Shown one piece after another: positions 11,733-23,187 of a DNA stretch of 64,000 nt. Where the stretch lies: NCBI GenBank assembly GCA_964252035.1, contig OZ176204.1; one strand, written 5' to 3'. The translations under genes were made by a program, and so were the position numbers. The notes beneath the pieces are model-generated. The model was given only the letters and a program-made list of their open reading frames with translations. It had not been told where the DNA came from and did not search any database. The first letter of the stretch is position 1. Each line of letters opens with the position of its first letter. This stretch comes from Podarcis erhardii (lineage: Eukaryota).

Positions 11733-13504
11733 AATTTATCACCTTCTCATTTTGTCAGAAACAGGAAACTACAGTTCAGAACAAGTCAGGCAATTAAGGC
11801 AACTTAATCTGAACAGGGAAATTCTCTATTCATAGTAATCTATGTGTATTTAAAGATGTTTCAAATGTGTTAAAAAAAGCTGGAGGGACAAGCAGGCCCC
11901 AGGGTTATTTTAAGAAGTTAATTAAGGAGCTTGTTGGTTTTCCAAAAATGCAAGCAAACACTGTATGTTCTGGTAGCATTTGGGTTTAGCTTAATGTATA
12001 CATGCTTATTTTGTAGAAGTTTTTAATTCTAAAAGATAACTTCTATCAGATTGTTGCTGTTATTTTTCTAAGATTGCATTTGCTGTTTTATGGTGTAATT
12101 TTGAGGTTTTAATTATTGAACTCAGCCTTGATGTTTTTTGGAAAAGCAGGATTAAAAAAATAGACCAAATAAGTAAATTCACACTCATTTAAAAATACTA
12201 CTCAGATATAGGACAGCTCTTACTAAAAGCAGCTCTTAAGGAATTCCTATGTAATTACACAATTTTTTTTAAAAAAGAAAGAATTCCAATGATCTGTGAC
12301 CAAGATATTTAATTTGGAGAGATCCACAGCAGACTCACCACATCAGGCAATGAATCCTTGCATCTAATTTTAAGAAATAAGAAATCCCAAGTCAGAGTCT
12401 CTGCTGCTAAGCACAGCTAGAGAAGCATGATGAGGTAACTGAATCCCTAGTGAATCTCAGATACCGAGGTCAGATTACATCTTGCCTATCCCTAAATTCT
12501 ACCCATAGCAACAATAAGTCCAAACTAAAAAAAAATTGAACAGGGTGGGAGCACATGGTATTTGGATCAAGTTGTGCTTTACTTTAGCTGTAAAATTATT
12601 TAAGAGAAACAAACCTTCATATGAAGTATCACAGCTTTTGAAGCCCTTTCTTCACTGATAAAAACTACTAGTTAAGCACCGGCCCAATGCAAGTCGAAAA
12701 ACTGGAACTATCCCACAAAAATGTGAATATTGATCATTTTAAGCCAGAGGGATTTGCTTATCCCACTGGAACAACAAAACTATTTCTAAAGGTATCAGAA
12801 CCCTAATCTACCTTTCCCTTTAAAAATTGAGTTCATTAAAGGTAGAACTTTAACTGGTGGTCTTCAGAGGCTAGAAAGAGAAATGTACATGTACCCACCC
12901 TTACAGCAACAGAATAAATATCCATCACCATTATTATTATTTTTAAAAAAGCTGCACCTGAAATGCAAGACTAGCATTCTACAGTCAAGAGGAAAAACGA
13001 AACAAGACACCAATGTCCCAAGACCCCTTCACAGGCAGCAGGAACCGAGCATGCAAGGGCAGAACCCTTGCAAAGAAAGCGAGAAGAGCCTCTTTAAAAA
13101 GGACAGAATATATTTTGCATTCCCCATTACAGGTCTCTCTGAGCATTCGCAAATGGTTCTTGCACTTCCGTTCAAACAAACTATTTCTCGCACCATCATA
13201 TCGCCATAGTTTATTCTTTCATTATATATCTGCTCACAATGCTGGATGCAGTTTTAAATCTAAAGTGCTTATAAAACAAAAATCCATGCAGAAAAAAGAC
13301 ATGTGGTTTCTTAACGTATTTTTATGTATCAGAGACTGGAAGGTGAATGGCAGAATTGTCACTGAGCCCTGTACCATTTCACTGGAAAGGCTACTAAATT
13401 TATCATGCCAGGCTTCCACAGCTGCTGTGCTTTGGTGTGCATTCTCTATTTGCCTAGGGGGCCATGGCTGGACCAGATCACCAGCAAACTGAGTGCAGTG
13501 TAAT

Positions 13505-14130
13505 AGAACTCACCCTTGCAGAAGCCAAACCGGTTCTACTTCAACAAGACTTGTTCTTCTAGACACTTGGTACTCCACTCTTTAATAATGTTTTTCCTAA
13601 ACTTCCCTGGAACAGATGCTACACTAACCAGCTTGAAATCTCCTGGGTGCCTATTTAAAAATCGGTATTACATCAACTAGTTTCCAGTCTTCAGGGACTG
13701 ATCTTAGGTGGGATGTGACATAGTTTTGTTAGAGGACTGGCCATTTCACACTTGAAGAACTCTTTTAAGAACTCTTGAGTAGAATCCACTCAGACCCAGA
13801 TTTGCCAGCTTTTTATTTTGTCAATAAGGCAAGCTTAGTTCCTTGTCATCACTATTTGCCTCAGTTCCTCAGAAGCCCTTCCTGGGAAGTTAGTTTAGAC
13901 ACAGAGATATGCCTTATATCTTCCGCTGTGAAGAAAGATGCAGATAATTCATTCAGCTTCTCTGCTATCTCCTCATCTTCCTTTAGCACACCTTTGACTC
14001 CCTTGTCATCCAAACACCCAATTACCTTCCTAGCTGGTCTCCTGCTAATAATGCATATTAAAATAAATGTTGTTGGTCTTTATGTTTTTAGCAAGGTGCA
14101 CAGCCTTACAGCCTTTCTGTCAAAGTTTGT
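13505..14130 (-). mobile_element. CR1 LINE ORF2 fragment, degraded
   Basis: Frameshifted CR1 motifs on the minus strand: KGVLKEDEEIAEKLNE..ASFFTAED, VPEDWKL, SVASVPGK, GFCKG. Confidence 0.85.
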
Positions 14131-16303
14131 GTTCCTTTTTGTTCTCATTTGGACAAAACTTTCAATTTCTGATTGCATTTCTAATTGCAATTCAGTGCTT
14201 GTCAGTACAGATATTCAGATGTCAGCTAACGAAAGAGCCTCTCATAACAGACTTCCAAAAGTCTTCAAGTGCTACAGAGGTAATGCCCTATTTGCTTAGA
14301 GCATAATCCTTCATATTAAAGAAAGAAGTTCCTCAGGGGAATGTTCTGTCACAGCTTCCTCAAGAATACACATGCTTGTCAAGAGAGGCAACTCAACACA
14401 GTGCTGCTTCAATTTGAATCTGTGCAGCCTTATTTAAGAGAATTCATCAGCATGCCGGACGCTTCTCACTTGAAAAATCCCCCAAAGGAATTAGAAGTGC
14501 ATTCCAGGCATAAACATCAGCAAATGTAAGAGTTGGAAAGCTTTATAAAATGATCACTGCATTTAATTAGAAGCATATTTTTGTCATTATCCTGCTTTTT
14601 CCTCAGTTCCCTCAGTACCTTTCAGTTAAAATCATGAGGTGAGAAGCACAGGGAATGCATTTTAATAAGCTGAAGTATTAACTGCAGTCAGACAGGCTTT
14701 AACACTCTATTTACCTAAGGGAGACCCATCCTTGACAAGTGTCTACACTATTGATTACACGGAATAAGTTATACAAAACAGGTAAATCAATATATCTGAT
14801 TAGCTCACTCCTCATTCATGCAATGTGCTACCTTTCAGAATGCACATAGCTCAGTCTCTCTTGGTCACCACCTAGCCAGGTGGGAAAGGGCCCCACTACC
14901 AGCCTCACCCATGTGATTCCAGAGTTTCTAATGTTAGTGAAATTGTGTGGATGTGACTCCTGAGATGATGAGGGAACACAGGACTTTGGGATCCTACCAT
15001 GGGATGAGAGAAGAGCAAATTTAGGGTTATACTGAATGCATCCTTGCATTTAATGTGCAGGGTGTTTTGTTTTTTTAAATGCAAATTACATAAACTGGGA
15101 GGGCTGGTTGTTTTTGAGATCACAGGCAGACATCATTTATCTGCAGTGGGAGAAAGTCCCCCATTGGCACTAGTTCAATACCAGCTTTGGAAGGGATTTT
15201 CTGCAGGACCACAGCAGAGGAAGAAAGCCTGAAATTCCCCTTCCCAATTTGCTCTGCATTATGGCACACATAATTTTGTGTTTTTTTAAACAAAAAACTG
15301 CACATTAAATTTCTAAGATGTAACACTGATCACAAATTAGCCTTCCTCAAACATCAGTTTTGGACTATCATTAGCCCCAGTCCATTCAGCTAATGACCAT
15401 GCTGACTGGGGTGGATGTTAGTTGTAATCCTACACAACCGGAGAGCACTAGATTGGTAAAGCCTGGTATAAACCAATATGCAATATGTGGGTTTGCGAGA
15501 AATGGGAATCCCTTCCCTGCCCTAGGAGGAGAGGAACAAAATGGGAGAGTGCTTGAACTGTGTACTTCTCATACAGAAGCTAATTTTCCTAATCATAGTT
15601 ATGGCTACTGATGCATGCTAACACAGCGATTATCATGTCTAGCTCAGCCCAAACACACCTCGTTTTGGAAGGCATGGTTGACTCTCTCCTGACACAGATC
15701 AGAGGTAGCTATCTCAAGGAAACTGATAATGTAAGCTGATCCTCTATCACTCAGTTATGTTGAACGGAATTCAGTCACCTGTTCCATCTTCAAGTAGTTT
15801 GTGGCAGATAGATTAAGATAGCTTCAAAGTACAGGGATATGTGGTGAGAATTAGTTTACGCATAAAATTTGGAATTTTAATGTAAATATACCCATAGGCA
15901 AATACCTCCCATTCACACAAAATATAAATTAAATATTTGTGAAAAACAGATTTGCCTCACTCTCTTATGAATAGAAAGATAATTGTTTGATTTTATTAAA
16001 CCAAAATGGAAAAAATCAACCATTGCTGCTCAGTAAAAAACGATCACAAAAAGGAGAAGAAATTTAATGTAGCACCTAGTTGGTTTACCAAACGTTAAGT
16101 AATTCTGCGTTGAATTGACTTACGGTAATACTGAACTCTTGCGACAACTTTTTTGTTGGGGAAAGTTAAGTCTCCATGTTTTTAGATTTCAAATGATGAA
16201 AGCCAACAGTTTCTTTAAGGTAATGGGGGAAATAAGAAATATATACTGTCCCTTTTAAAAAGAGGTGCACATATGGGATCTGAAGCACAAATTGGTTGAA
16301 GCA

Positions 16304-16308
16304 CATGC
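16304..16308 (-). promoter_or_regulatory. RBFOX-type GCAUG motif at +15 to +19 downstream of the micro-exon
   Basis: Minus strand gtactgacttgtcaGCATGtgctt. Downstream GCAUG is the canonical RBFOX enhancer position. Function is inferred. Confidence 0.5.
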
Positions 16309-16322
16309 TGACAAGTCAGTAC

Positions 16323-16334
16323 CTGCCAAAAATC
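16323..16334 (-). CDS. MICU1: MICU1 12-nt alternative micro-exon (DFWQ), counterpart of the MICU1.1 EFWQ micro-exon
   Basis: cctaacctttccccctctcatcAG|GAT TTT TGG CAG|GTactg. Phase 0/0, lies between exons 5 and 6, with a long pyrimidine tract and a CTAAC branch-point candidate. Confidence 0.85.
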
Positions 16335-17151
16335 CTGATGAGAGGGGGAAAGGTTAGGAAGAAAGGGAAGAAAATGAGCAAAGGTTTGGTTATAGAAACA
16401 AAAAGAAAACAAAAACAAAATAATTACAAACTGTACATCATTAGAGGAACCACAGAATAAAACAAATAAAGAAAAAAACCCAATTCATGTCTCAGGAACA
16501 AGATACTGCTGCACACCTTAGAACCAAGAAATAAAAGGAGGCACAAATGGTCAGTGAGTTACCTGCCAAAACATAATAAAAATTAAAATTAGTAGTTACT
16601 AAATTAAAGGGAAAGAGAAAGAAAGACTTCCATAATTCCATCAGTTTATGCCAACAAAACCAATATGCCACAAAGCTTTGACAAGAGCTGGGAAGTGGTA
16701 GAAGGGAGGCTGCTCACAGATATAAAACAATGTTTGGAAGAGCCTACAGCATCTTTATATTGCAAGCACAAACCCTTAACAATATATTTCCTTATGCTTA
16801 AAAAGAGATGAGTCTTCCCTGATGGGCAACATCTGTATTGGGCCTGAGGCACAAACCAATTAACCACTGCAGTTAAAAATTAATGGCTAACCCCAGGTTA
16901 AAATCTAAGATCCAAATATATCACAGGCAGCTGTCCAAGTCCTCCTGTAGGACTAACATCCTAGGAATGAGCGCTAACAGCTGAACTTGAAGTGGACTGT
17001 AAAGGGCACAGGCACGTTTTTTGTCAATCAATACTTTTTCCTGGAAGATAGAATGGCCTAGTTCACATATAAGCCAAACCATGAGCGTGAAGGGCTCCCG
17101 GACAGATTGCAGGTGCTTTGCTGCTCCTCAATCCTGGCGCTCCACTGAAGT

Positions 17152-17330
17152 GAGCTAAGCCATGGTGTGACTCAGTGTGTTGTCCATGCTTGAGGTTCAT
17201 CTCCTTCCAAACAAGCCACCAGCTGTAAGCACGGTTTATTTTTGGGTTACAGCTGGTGGCTTGTTTGGAGTAAGGCAAACCATAAGTCTGGGTTTAGGAG
17301 ACATGCTGAAGTCAAACCATGCCTTAGCTC
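17152..17330. mobile_element. Palindromic (foldback) MITE-like element
   Basis: Outer arms gagctaagccatggt / aaccatgccttagctc, and a perfect inner 23-bp inverted repeat (17206-17228 and 17247-17269). Confidence 0.65.
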
Positions 17331-19308
17331 ACAAAAGCAGCAGCAAGAACTGAGAAGGAATGAAGTGCCCACGATCTCCTCTCTGAGAGCCAGCACACTC
17401 ATGCTCAGCCTTTCATGTACACTGAGCTATGGAAGCAGTATGTCAACTGCTGATCCTTTTCAAGCTGCTGTATATTGTAAAGGCAAAAGCAGCAGTTTCA
17501 TACATATTGACATGCACGCCTCATGACTAATGCATTCCGGATTTGGGTTTTCCATGCCCAAGAAGCCACCCTAAATCAATCAGAACAATTTGCTGAAGCA
17601 AACAGCAAACAAAGACGTCTGGAACTTGACTGAGGGAGGGAGAGCAAATGCCCGCTGTATATTCCATTGTGGAAAAATACGTTCTTTTAGGCAGCCCAAT
17701 GGAATTTCTCACAGGTTATGTCCTTAACAGTTCGAATTTTCTGTCAACGGTGTGGTACAGTAAATAAATATGCAAAGAACCACCTGACAGAGCACATCTG
17801 TCACAAAAAAGGTCATCAAAAAGAGCTGAAACAATTATGCAGCACAAATTCAGATTATCTGGATAGATTCAGTAGGATTGGTGGCATTATATATATATGC
17901 ACATAAATAAAAACAGATCTGTAGCAAGATCTGAAATTTCAGAACAGCCAGTCCGCAGGGGCAAGAAAATATGCTTAGTGTCTATTATTGCAATGTCAGT
18001 TAGCCAACTTGCCTTCAGGCATATCCTTGTCCGCAACACTATAAGCAGCAGGGTAGACTATTGCAGTCAATATTATATTCAAAACAGTCATAAACAAAGT
18101 CTTGATCACATCCCAGGATAACCAAGAAATAGAAGGCTGTACAAATTAAGGTGTGTGGCTTTGCAGAGAGGATTAATGCCCTATTCTCCAGGCCCACCCA
18201 TATTCCTGCCATCACTGCTGTGCCCGACAGCAGCTTAAACTGAGAGCAGCTCAGTCCAAGCCAGAGTTACTATTGCCAAGTCAAAAAGAGTCCATCCTCC
18301 TCTTCAGCTGGCCAGGAGCAGAGGCAGATGGTGACACCATCCCATGTGTGCAATGAGCAAAGTGGGACGGGAAGGAAGAGACCAGTTCCACACCCTACGG
18401 CTGCACAGCTTGGCGGAGAAAGATGGTTCCCCTCCCCTCCGGAGGCAGGCTGGTGGGAATGGCACTCCATCTCCAGACTGAGCAGAGCGGGCCTGCCTCT
18501 GAAGAAAGAGGGGGGGGGGAGCGGCCAAAGCTGTATTCTGGATGTCAGCTCTTAAAAGCACAGCAGCAACTGTGCACTTCATTATAGGTCAGCCCAGTAA
18601 TGAGACAAAGCAGGAAAGCAGTAAGCAAATTTGCCTTTGCCTGAGAGTGCTGCTCAATGAAATAAAGAGCAGGAGGGACAAGGAGGCAAATGCAGCTTTG
18701 GAATTCTGCATCTCTTTCTTATATATACAGTGAAAGAAGTTAAAAAGAGCTTGGGGAGGGGAATTCCACCTTCCCATTGATGGTATTTGGAGTTTAAAAG
18801 TTCAATTTAACACTGAATCACTGTGGGAGGAACATGTTTTACCCTAGATATAATATTGCGAACAAAGCTATGTTTCCTGCAGGAAATACATGATTTGAGA
18901 GGAAAGATCCTAGTCCTAACTAAGATGGAGAATGCAACAAGCTGTGCTTGCTCTTGTGTGTCAGCAGTGGAGACACAAAGGATGTCTGCTCTCCCAAGGT
19001 GAGGAGGAAGGAGAAAATGAGGTCAGCAACTGCAAGAGTATCCGTCTAGCCTGAAGGAAGGGCAGCACAGGTAAAAGGGCAGTCTAAGCAGCTTGGAGGT
19101 TCCTTTCTCTTTCCCCATGCAGATGCATCAACCTCCAGCGCAAGCTGACTTGCATCCAACACCCATTTGATTTTTAAGAGACATAAAGATTTCACACACT
19201 GAATTTCTATCACAGGTGAAAAGAACACCACTCAGGTGAAATTATCCCGAATGAGAAAGGAAAGTGCCAACTTTGCCACAACTATTCTTTGGAAGCTGCA
19301 GCTAAGTA

Positions 19309-19665
19309 CAGTGGTGCCTCGCAAGACGAAATTAATCCGTTCCGTGAGGCTCTTCGTCTAGCGGTTTTTTTGTCTTGCGAAGCAAGCCCATTGACAGCTT
19401 AGCGGATTAGCGCTATTAGCGGTTTAGCGGCATTTAGCGGATCAGCTGATAAGCGGCTTATCAGCGGATCAGCTGATAAGCGGCTTAGGGCTTAGGAAAA
19501 GGGGGGGGGGAGGGAAAAAAACCCCGCAGGAACTCGCAAGACATTTTCATCTTGCAAAGCAAGCCCATAGGGAAATTCGTTTTGCGAAGCGCCTCCAAAA
19601 CGGAAAACCCTTTCGTCTAGCGGGTTTTCCGTCTTGCGAGGCGTTCGTCTTGCGGGGCACCACTG
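19309..19665 (+). mobile_element. pogo/Tigger-like MITE, family B (CAGTGGTGCCTCGCAAGACG)
   Basis: About 22-bp TIRs, TA TSD, internal TTAGCGG-like tandem core. Second copy at 60569-60921. Confidence 0.9.
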
Positions 19666-20016
19666 TATTAAAATTAACTGTGCTAAATCAGATCAAAGAT
19701 CCACCTAGACCAGCATTCTGTTCTCACAGCAGCCAGCTAGATGCCTATGGGAAGAGCTAGAGCTCTGTTTTTTATTCTTAGATATGATTCTACATTCTTG
19801 GTGCTGCGCAAGCCGGGCCAAGAGAGGCTGTTTAGAATCTCAAATTTAGTCCCCTTCTCCGTGGTGGCCCATAAAAATTCCCTGCTATAATCACCTCCAA
19901 AATTAACACAGCTTTGCTTACTGCTAGACAGTTTCACAGACAGAGAAGAGAAAATAAACATTTCCTTAGTAGCTAAAATGGTAATTAGCATGCACCCACA
20001 GGTTTAAGAATCTCAC

Positions 20017-20060
20017 CTTCCCATCATAGCGTTTCACCACAAACTGATCAAGTCCGAGGT
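20017..20060 (-). CDS. MICU1: MICU1 exon 5: (N)LGLDQFVVKRYDGK
   Basis: Acceptor ttgtttcttttAG|AC CTC, donor AAG|gtgaga. 44 nt, phase 1 to 0. Confidence 0.96.
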
Positions 20061-21479
20061 CTAAAAGAAACAAGAGAAAAGCAAAGGTTTTATGTAGCAC
20101 GGATTGAATGTTATGAAATATATTCACAAGGTTCAAACACATTAAGCTCTAACCAACCAAAACAAAGAAAGTACAGGAAAGCTCAGCTTAATAGTAGCTT
20201 CATTTTATATCTTATGAAATGTGTACAGATCTGGGGAATAGTAGCTATAGCTATATCAAGACGTAATGGTGGTGCCACACCTTGCTTCTCTTAGAACTTA
20301 ATACACAAGTTATTAATATCTCTACCCTTCCCTACTACCTTATACATTAACCTCCGTCCTTCAATATTTATACTGCCTTAAGCAACAGATGCCATTAACA
20401 GATTTCAAAATTGCCAGCAAACTTTAAGTAACATTCATTTCATACAAGCTGAAAGCAAACGATGGTCTATGAGCTCCAAACTAAGTGGGTAGAAAAGGTA
20501 AATTTGAAAGATGCTGAAGGGAGAAGACAGTAATCAATAGTTAATCTTACAGAAGGAGATGAAACTAAGGAGCAGATGCAGCAGTAGATAAAGGTACTAG
20601 AAATGTTGCAGTAACCTGCCATTTGCCACCATGAAATACAGTGCACACAAAATGGTGTGCTGTGGGGGAGCAAGACCAAATGGGTTATATTCACCATTTG
20701 CAGCCTTGAAGCTTCCAGCATGGACTCAATCCATTATACCAGCGTTCTACTTGCAGTAGCTAAATTGAGGAAGAAGCCATGCACGGCATTTCCCCCATCA
20801 CTGCAATCAAGACGCAATGAACTGGAACCTCAGAACCAGGAAGAAAAATAGCAGCCGGAACTATTCTGCAAATGCCCGCAAAAGAGCTTATGCATGTGTT
20901 CAAACAGTGCTGTAATATGTAGGCACTATAAGCCATTCTCGTGCTTTTGCTTGAAGCTGTTCTGCTTGCGCAAGAGGGTCCACATCATCTTAGGATGTAA
21001 TTTTACCTTTTCCAATCAACAGTCGAGCGTCAGATGTAAAAGAGCCTTCCTTAAGCAGAGTTAACTCCGCAACAGATTGTCAGTGGTTCCATGTGTTTTG
21101 TTACACAGAAGGGTGGGCAAATGACTTTATCGGTCAGATTTAAGGGTGAAAAACTTGCTTAAACACATACAAAATTCAGCTGAATCCCAGAATGAATCAA
21201 TTGTTTTTATTACGGTTCAACCCTAATTAAAGCTAGAAGCCAGGACAGAAAGCTTTGAACAACAAAATATGATGAGGTGTTTGAGAATCTCTCATACTAG
21301 AAAATCACAGGTAGTTATTAACATTGAATTATGGACCAGTAATCAGAGGAAGAGAGATGAAAGACTTAAAATGATTGGAAAGTTTGACATTGCCTTTGTT
21401 TGTTTGTTTGATGAAATTTATACACTGCTTGATTGGGGGGGAAATGCCTCAAAGCAGTTTACAAAAAGATAAAACTATA

Positions 21480-21660
21480 CAAAAGTTAAAATATTAAAAT
21501 AGATTAAAATTACTTCAACTTTCTAAGCATCTGCGTAGGCTTGCCTAAACAAAAATGTTTTTAGCAGGTGCCGAAAAGAATACAGTGAAGACACCTGCTG
21601 GATCTCAATAGGCAGGGAGTTCCAAAGTGCACAGAGCACTGTTAAGAAACTGACAGCTCC
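21480..21660 (-). mobile_element. L2 3' remnant
   Basis: gcttgcctaaacaaaaatgtttttagcagg...ggcagggagttccaaag matches the reverse of an L2 3' end. Confidence 0.6.
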
Positions 21661-21698
21661 TAAATTGCTATTCCTCTTTACTATATTACATCCTGTTT

Positions 21699-22174
21699 GT
21701 TGTTGTTGTTTAGTCGTTTAGTCATGTCCGACTCTTCGTGACCCCATGGACCAGAGCACGCCAGGCACTCCTGTCTTCCACTGCCTCCCGCAGTTTGGTC
21801 AGACTCATGCTGGTAGCTTCGAGAACACTGTCCAACCATCTCGTCCTCTGTTGTCCCCTTCTCCTCGTGCCCTCCATCTTTCCCAACATCAGGGTCTTTT
21901 CAAGGGAGTCTTCTCTTCTCATGAGGTGGCCAAAGTATTGGAGCCTCAGCTTCTCGATCTGTCCTTCCAATGAGCACTCAGGGCTAATTTCCTTAAGAAT
22001 GGATGTGTTTGATTTTCTTGCAGTCCACGGGACTCTCAAGAGTCTCCTCCAGCACCATAATTCAAAAGCATCAATTCTTCGGCGATCAGCCTTCTTTATG
22101 GTCCAGCTTTCACTTCCATACATCACTACTGGGAAAACCATGGCTTGCTTTCACTATACGGACCTTTGTTGGCA
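21699..22174 (-). mobile_element. RTE-BovB LINE, 5'-truncated 3' end
   Basis: ORF MVFPVVMYGSESWTIKKADRRRIDAFELWCWRRLLRVPWTAR...HGVTKSRT, a (CAA)n tail, and a perfect 11-bp TSD acatcctgttt (21688-21698 and 22175-22185). Confidence 0.95.
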
Positions 22175-23109
22175 ACATCCTGTTTAGTACAACCCTAAAT
22201 GTTAGCAGATTTTGTATGGGAGAAAGAAGCAGCAAGGATCAATTCTGAGATACTGTGGAAGAAGTAGTTTATGAATAAGTTATATTACTATAAACTTAAC
22301 TCACATAAATAGTTATTGACTGATTTAAGACTTGATGTGGTATAAACAGCATGGGACCTCTGCAACATTGGAAACTTCAATAAGGTCCAGGAAGGGAAGA
22401 GAGAAAACAATTCAGTGAGGATAAACTAATCCACTGAGCAAATACACTCCAACTGAGAAAAACAGAATGTAGAACCAGCTATGTTTGAGACAAAAATGCG
22501 TGTTAAGAATTTCAATTTAAACCAACAACCTGGTCTGTTTGTTATGTGAGAAGAATATGATCTGTATACGTAGAATAATTTGATTCACAGAATATGAGAA
22601 GATAGATTACCACCCTGCATATTTTGTTCTGTGTTATCACCATTGCCTACAAAATCAGACATTTCATTATTCATAGCTAAGAGAGAAGATAGGACTCATA
22701 TGGAACAGCCATATTTGGCAAGATGCTTGCTAATGCCCATTTAAGCACTAAAATGTCTAAAATACAATCTACTACACTATTAGAAAGACAAGGGATGCCA
22801 ATTAAGTTTTTTGATGGCCAAATTTTACACATTTAAACACAAAAATGGGAATATATTCTTGAAATATGGAATGATTTTCATGAAGATTAAATTCAAACAC
22901 ATGGCAGTATAAGATTATTAATCATAGCCATTAAATCATAAAAAAGACCTCAGAATGACACCTACAGAATGGCTATGGAGAACTCTTACATTCATGGTGG
23001 ATATGTCTTCCAGTTGAAAGATCTTGGTAGATATTTTAGAAGTAATACACCAGATCTTAAGGCAGCAGAACCCAGTGGTAGTTTTGATGAAATGGTTGAA
23101 CAAATAATG

Positions 23110-23152
23110 GCTGGGGGAAACCCAGCCAGATGGGCGGGATATAAATAATAAA

Positions 23153-23187
<35 letters not shown>
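23110..23187 (+). mobile_element. L2 extreme 3' tail with (ATT)n
   Basis: ggctgggggaaacccagccagatgggcgggatataaataataaa followed by (ATT)n at 23153-23187. Same terminus as the 11401 copy, opposite orientation. Confidence 0.75.

Noticed and set aside
13775-14299. 174-aa plus-strand ORF
   Set aside because: Antisense shadow of the CR1 ORF2 remnant.
19400-19500. CRISPR-like short repeats
   Set aside because: Degenerate tandem core of a MITE with no unique spacers and no cas genes; eukaryotic context.
21738-22248. Plus-strand ORFs of 149, 75 and 81 aa
   Set aside because: Antisense frames of BovB.
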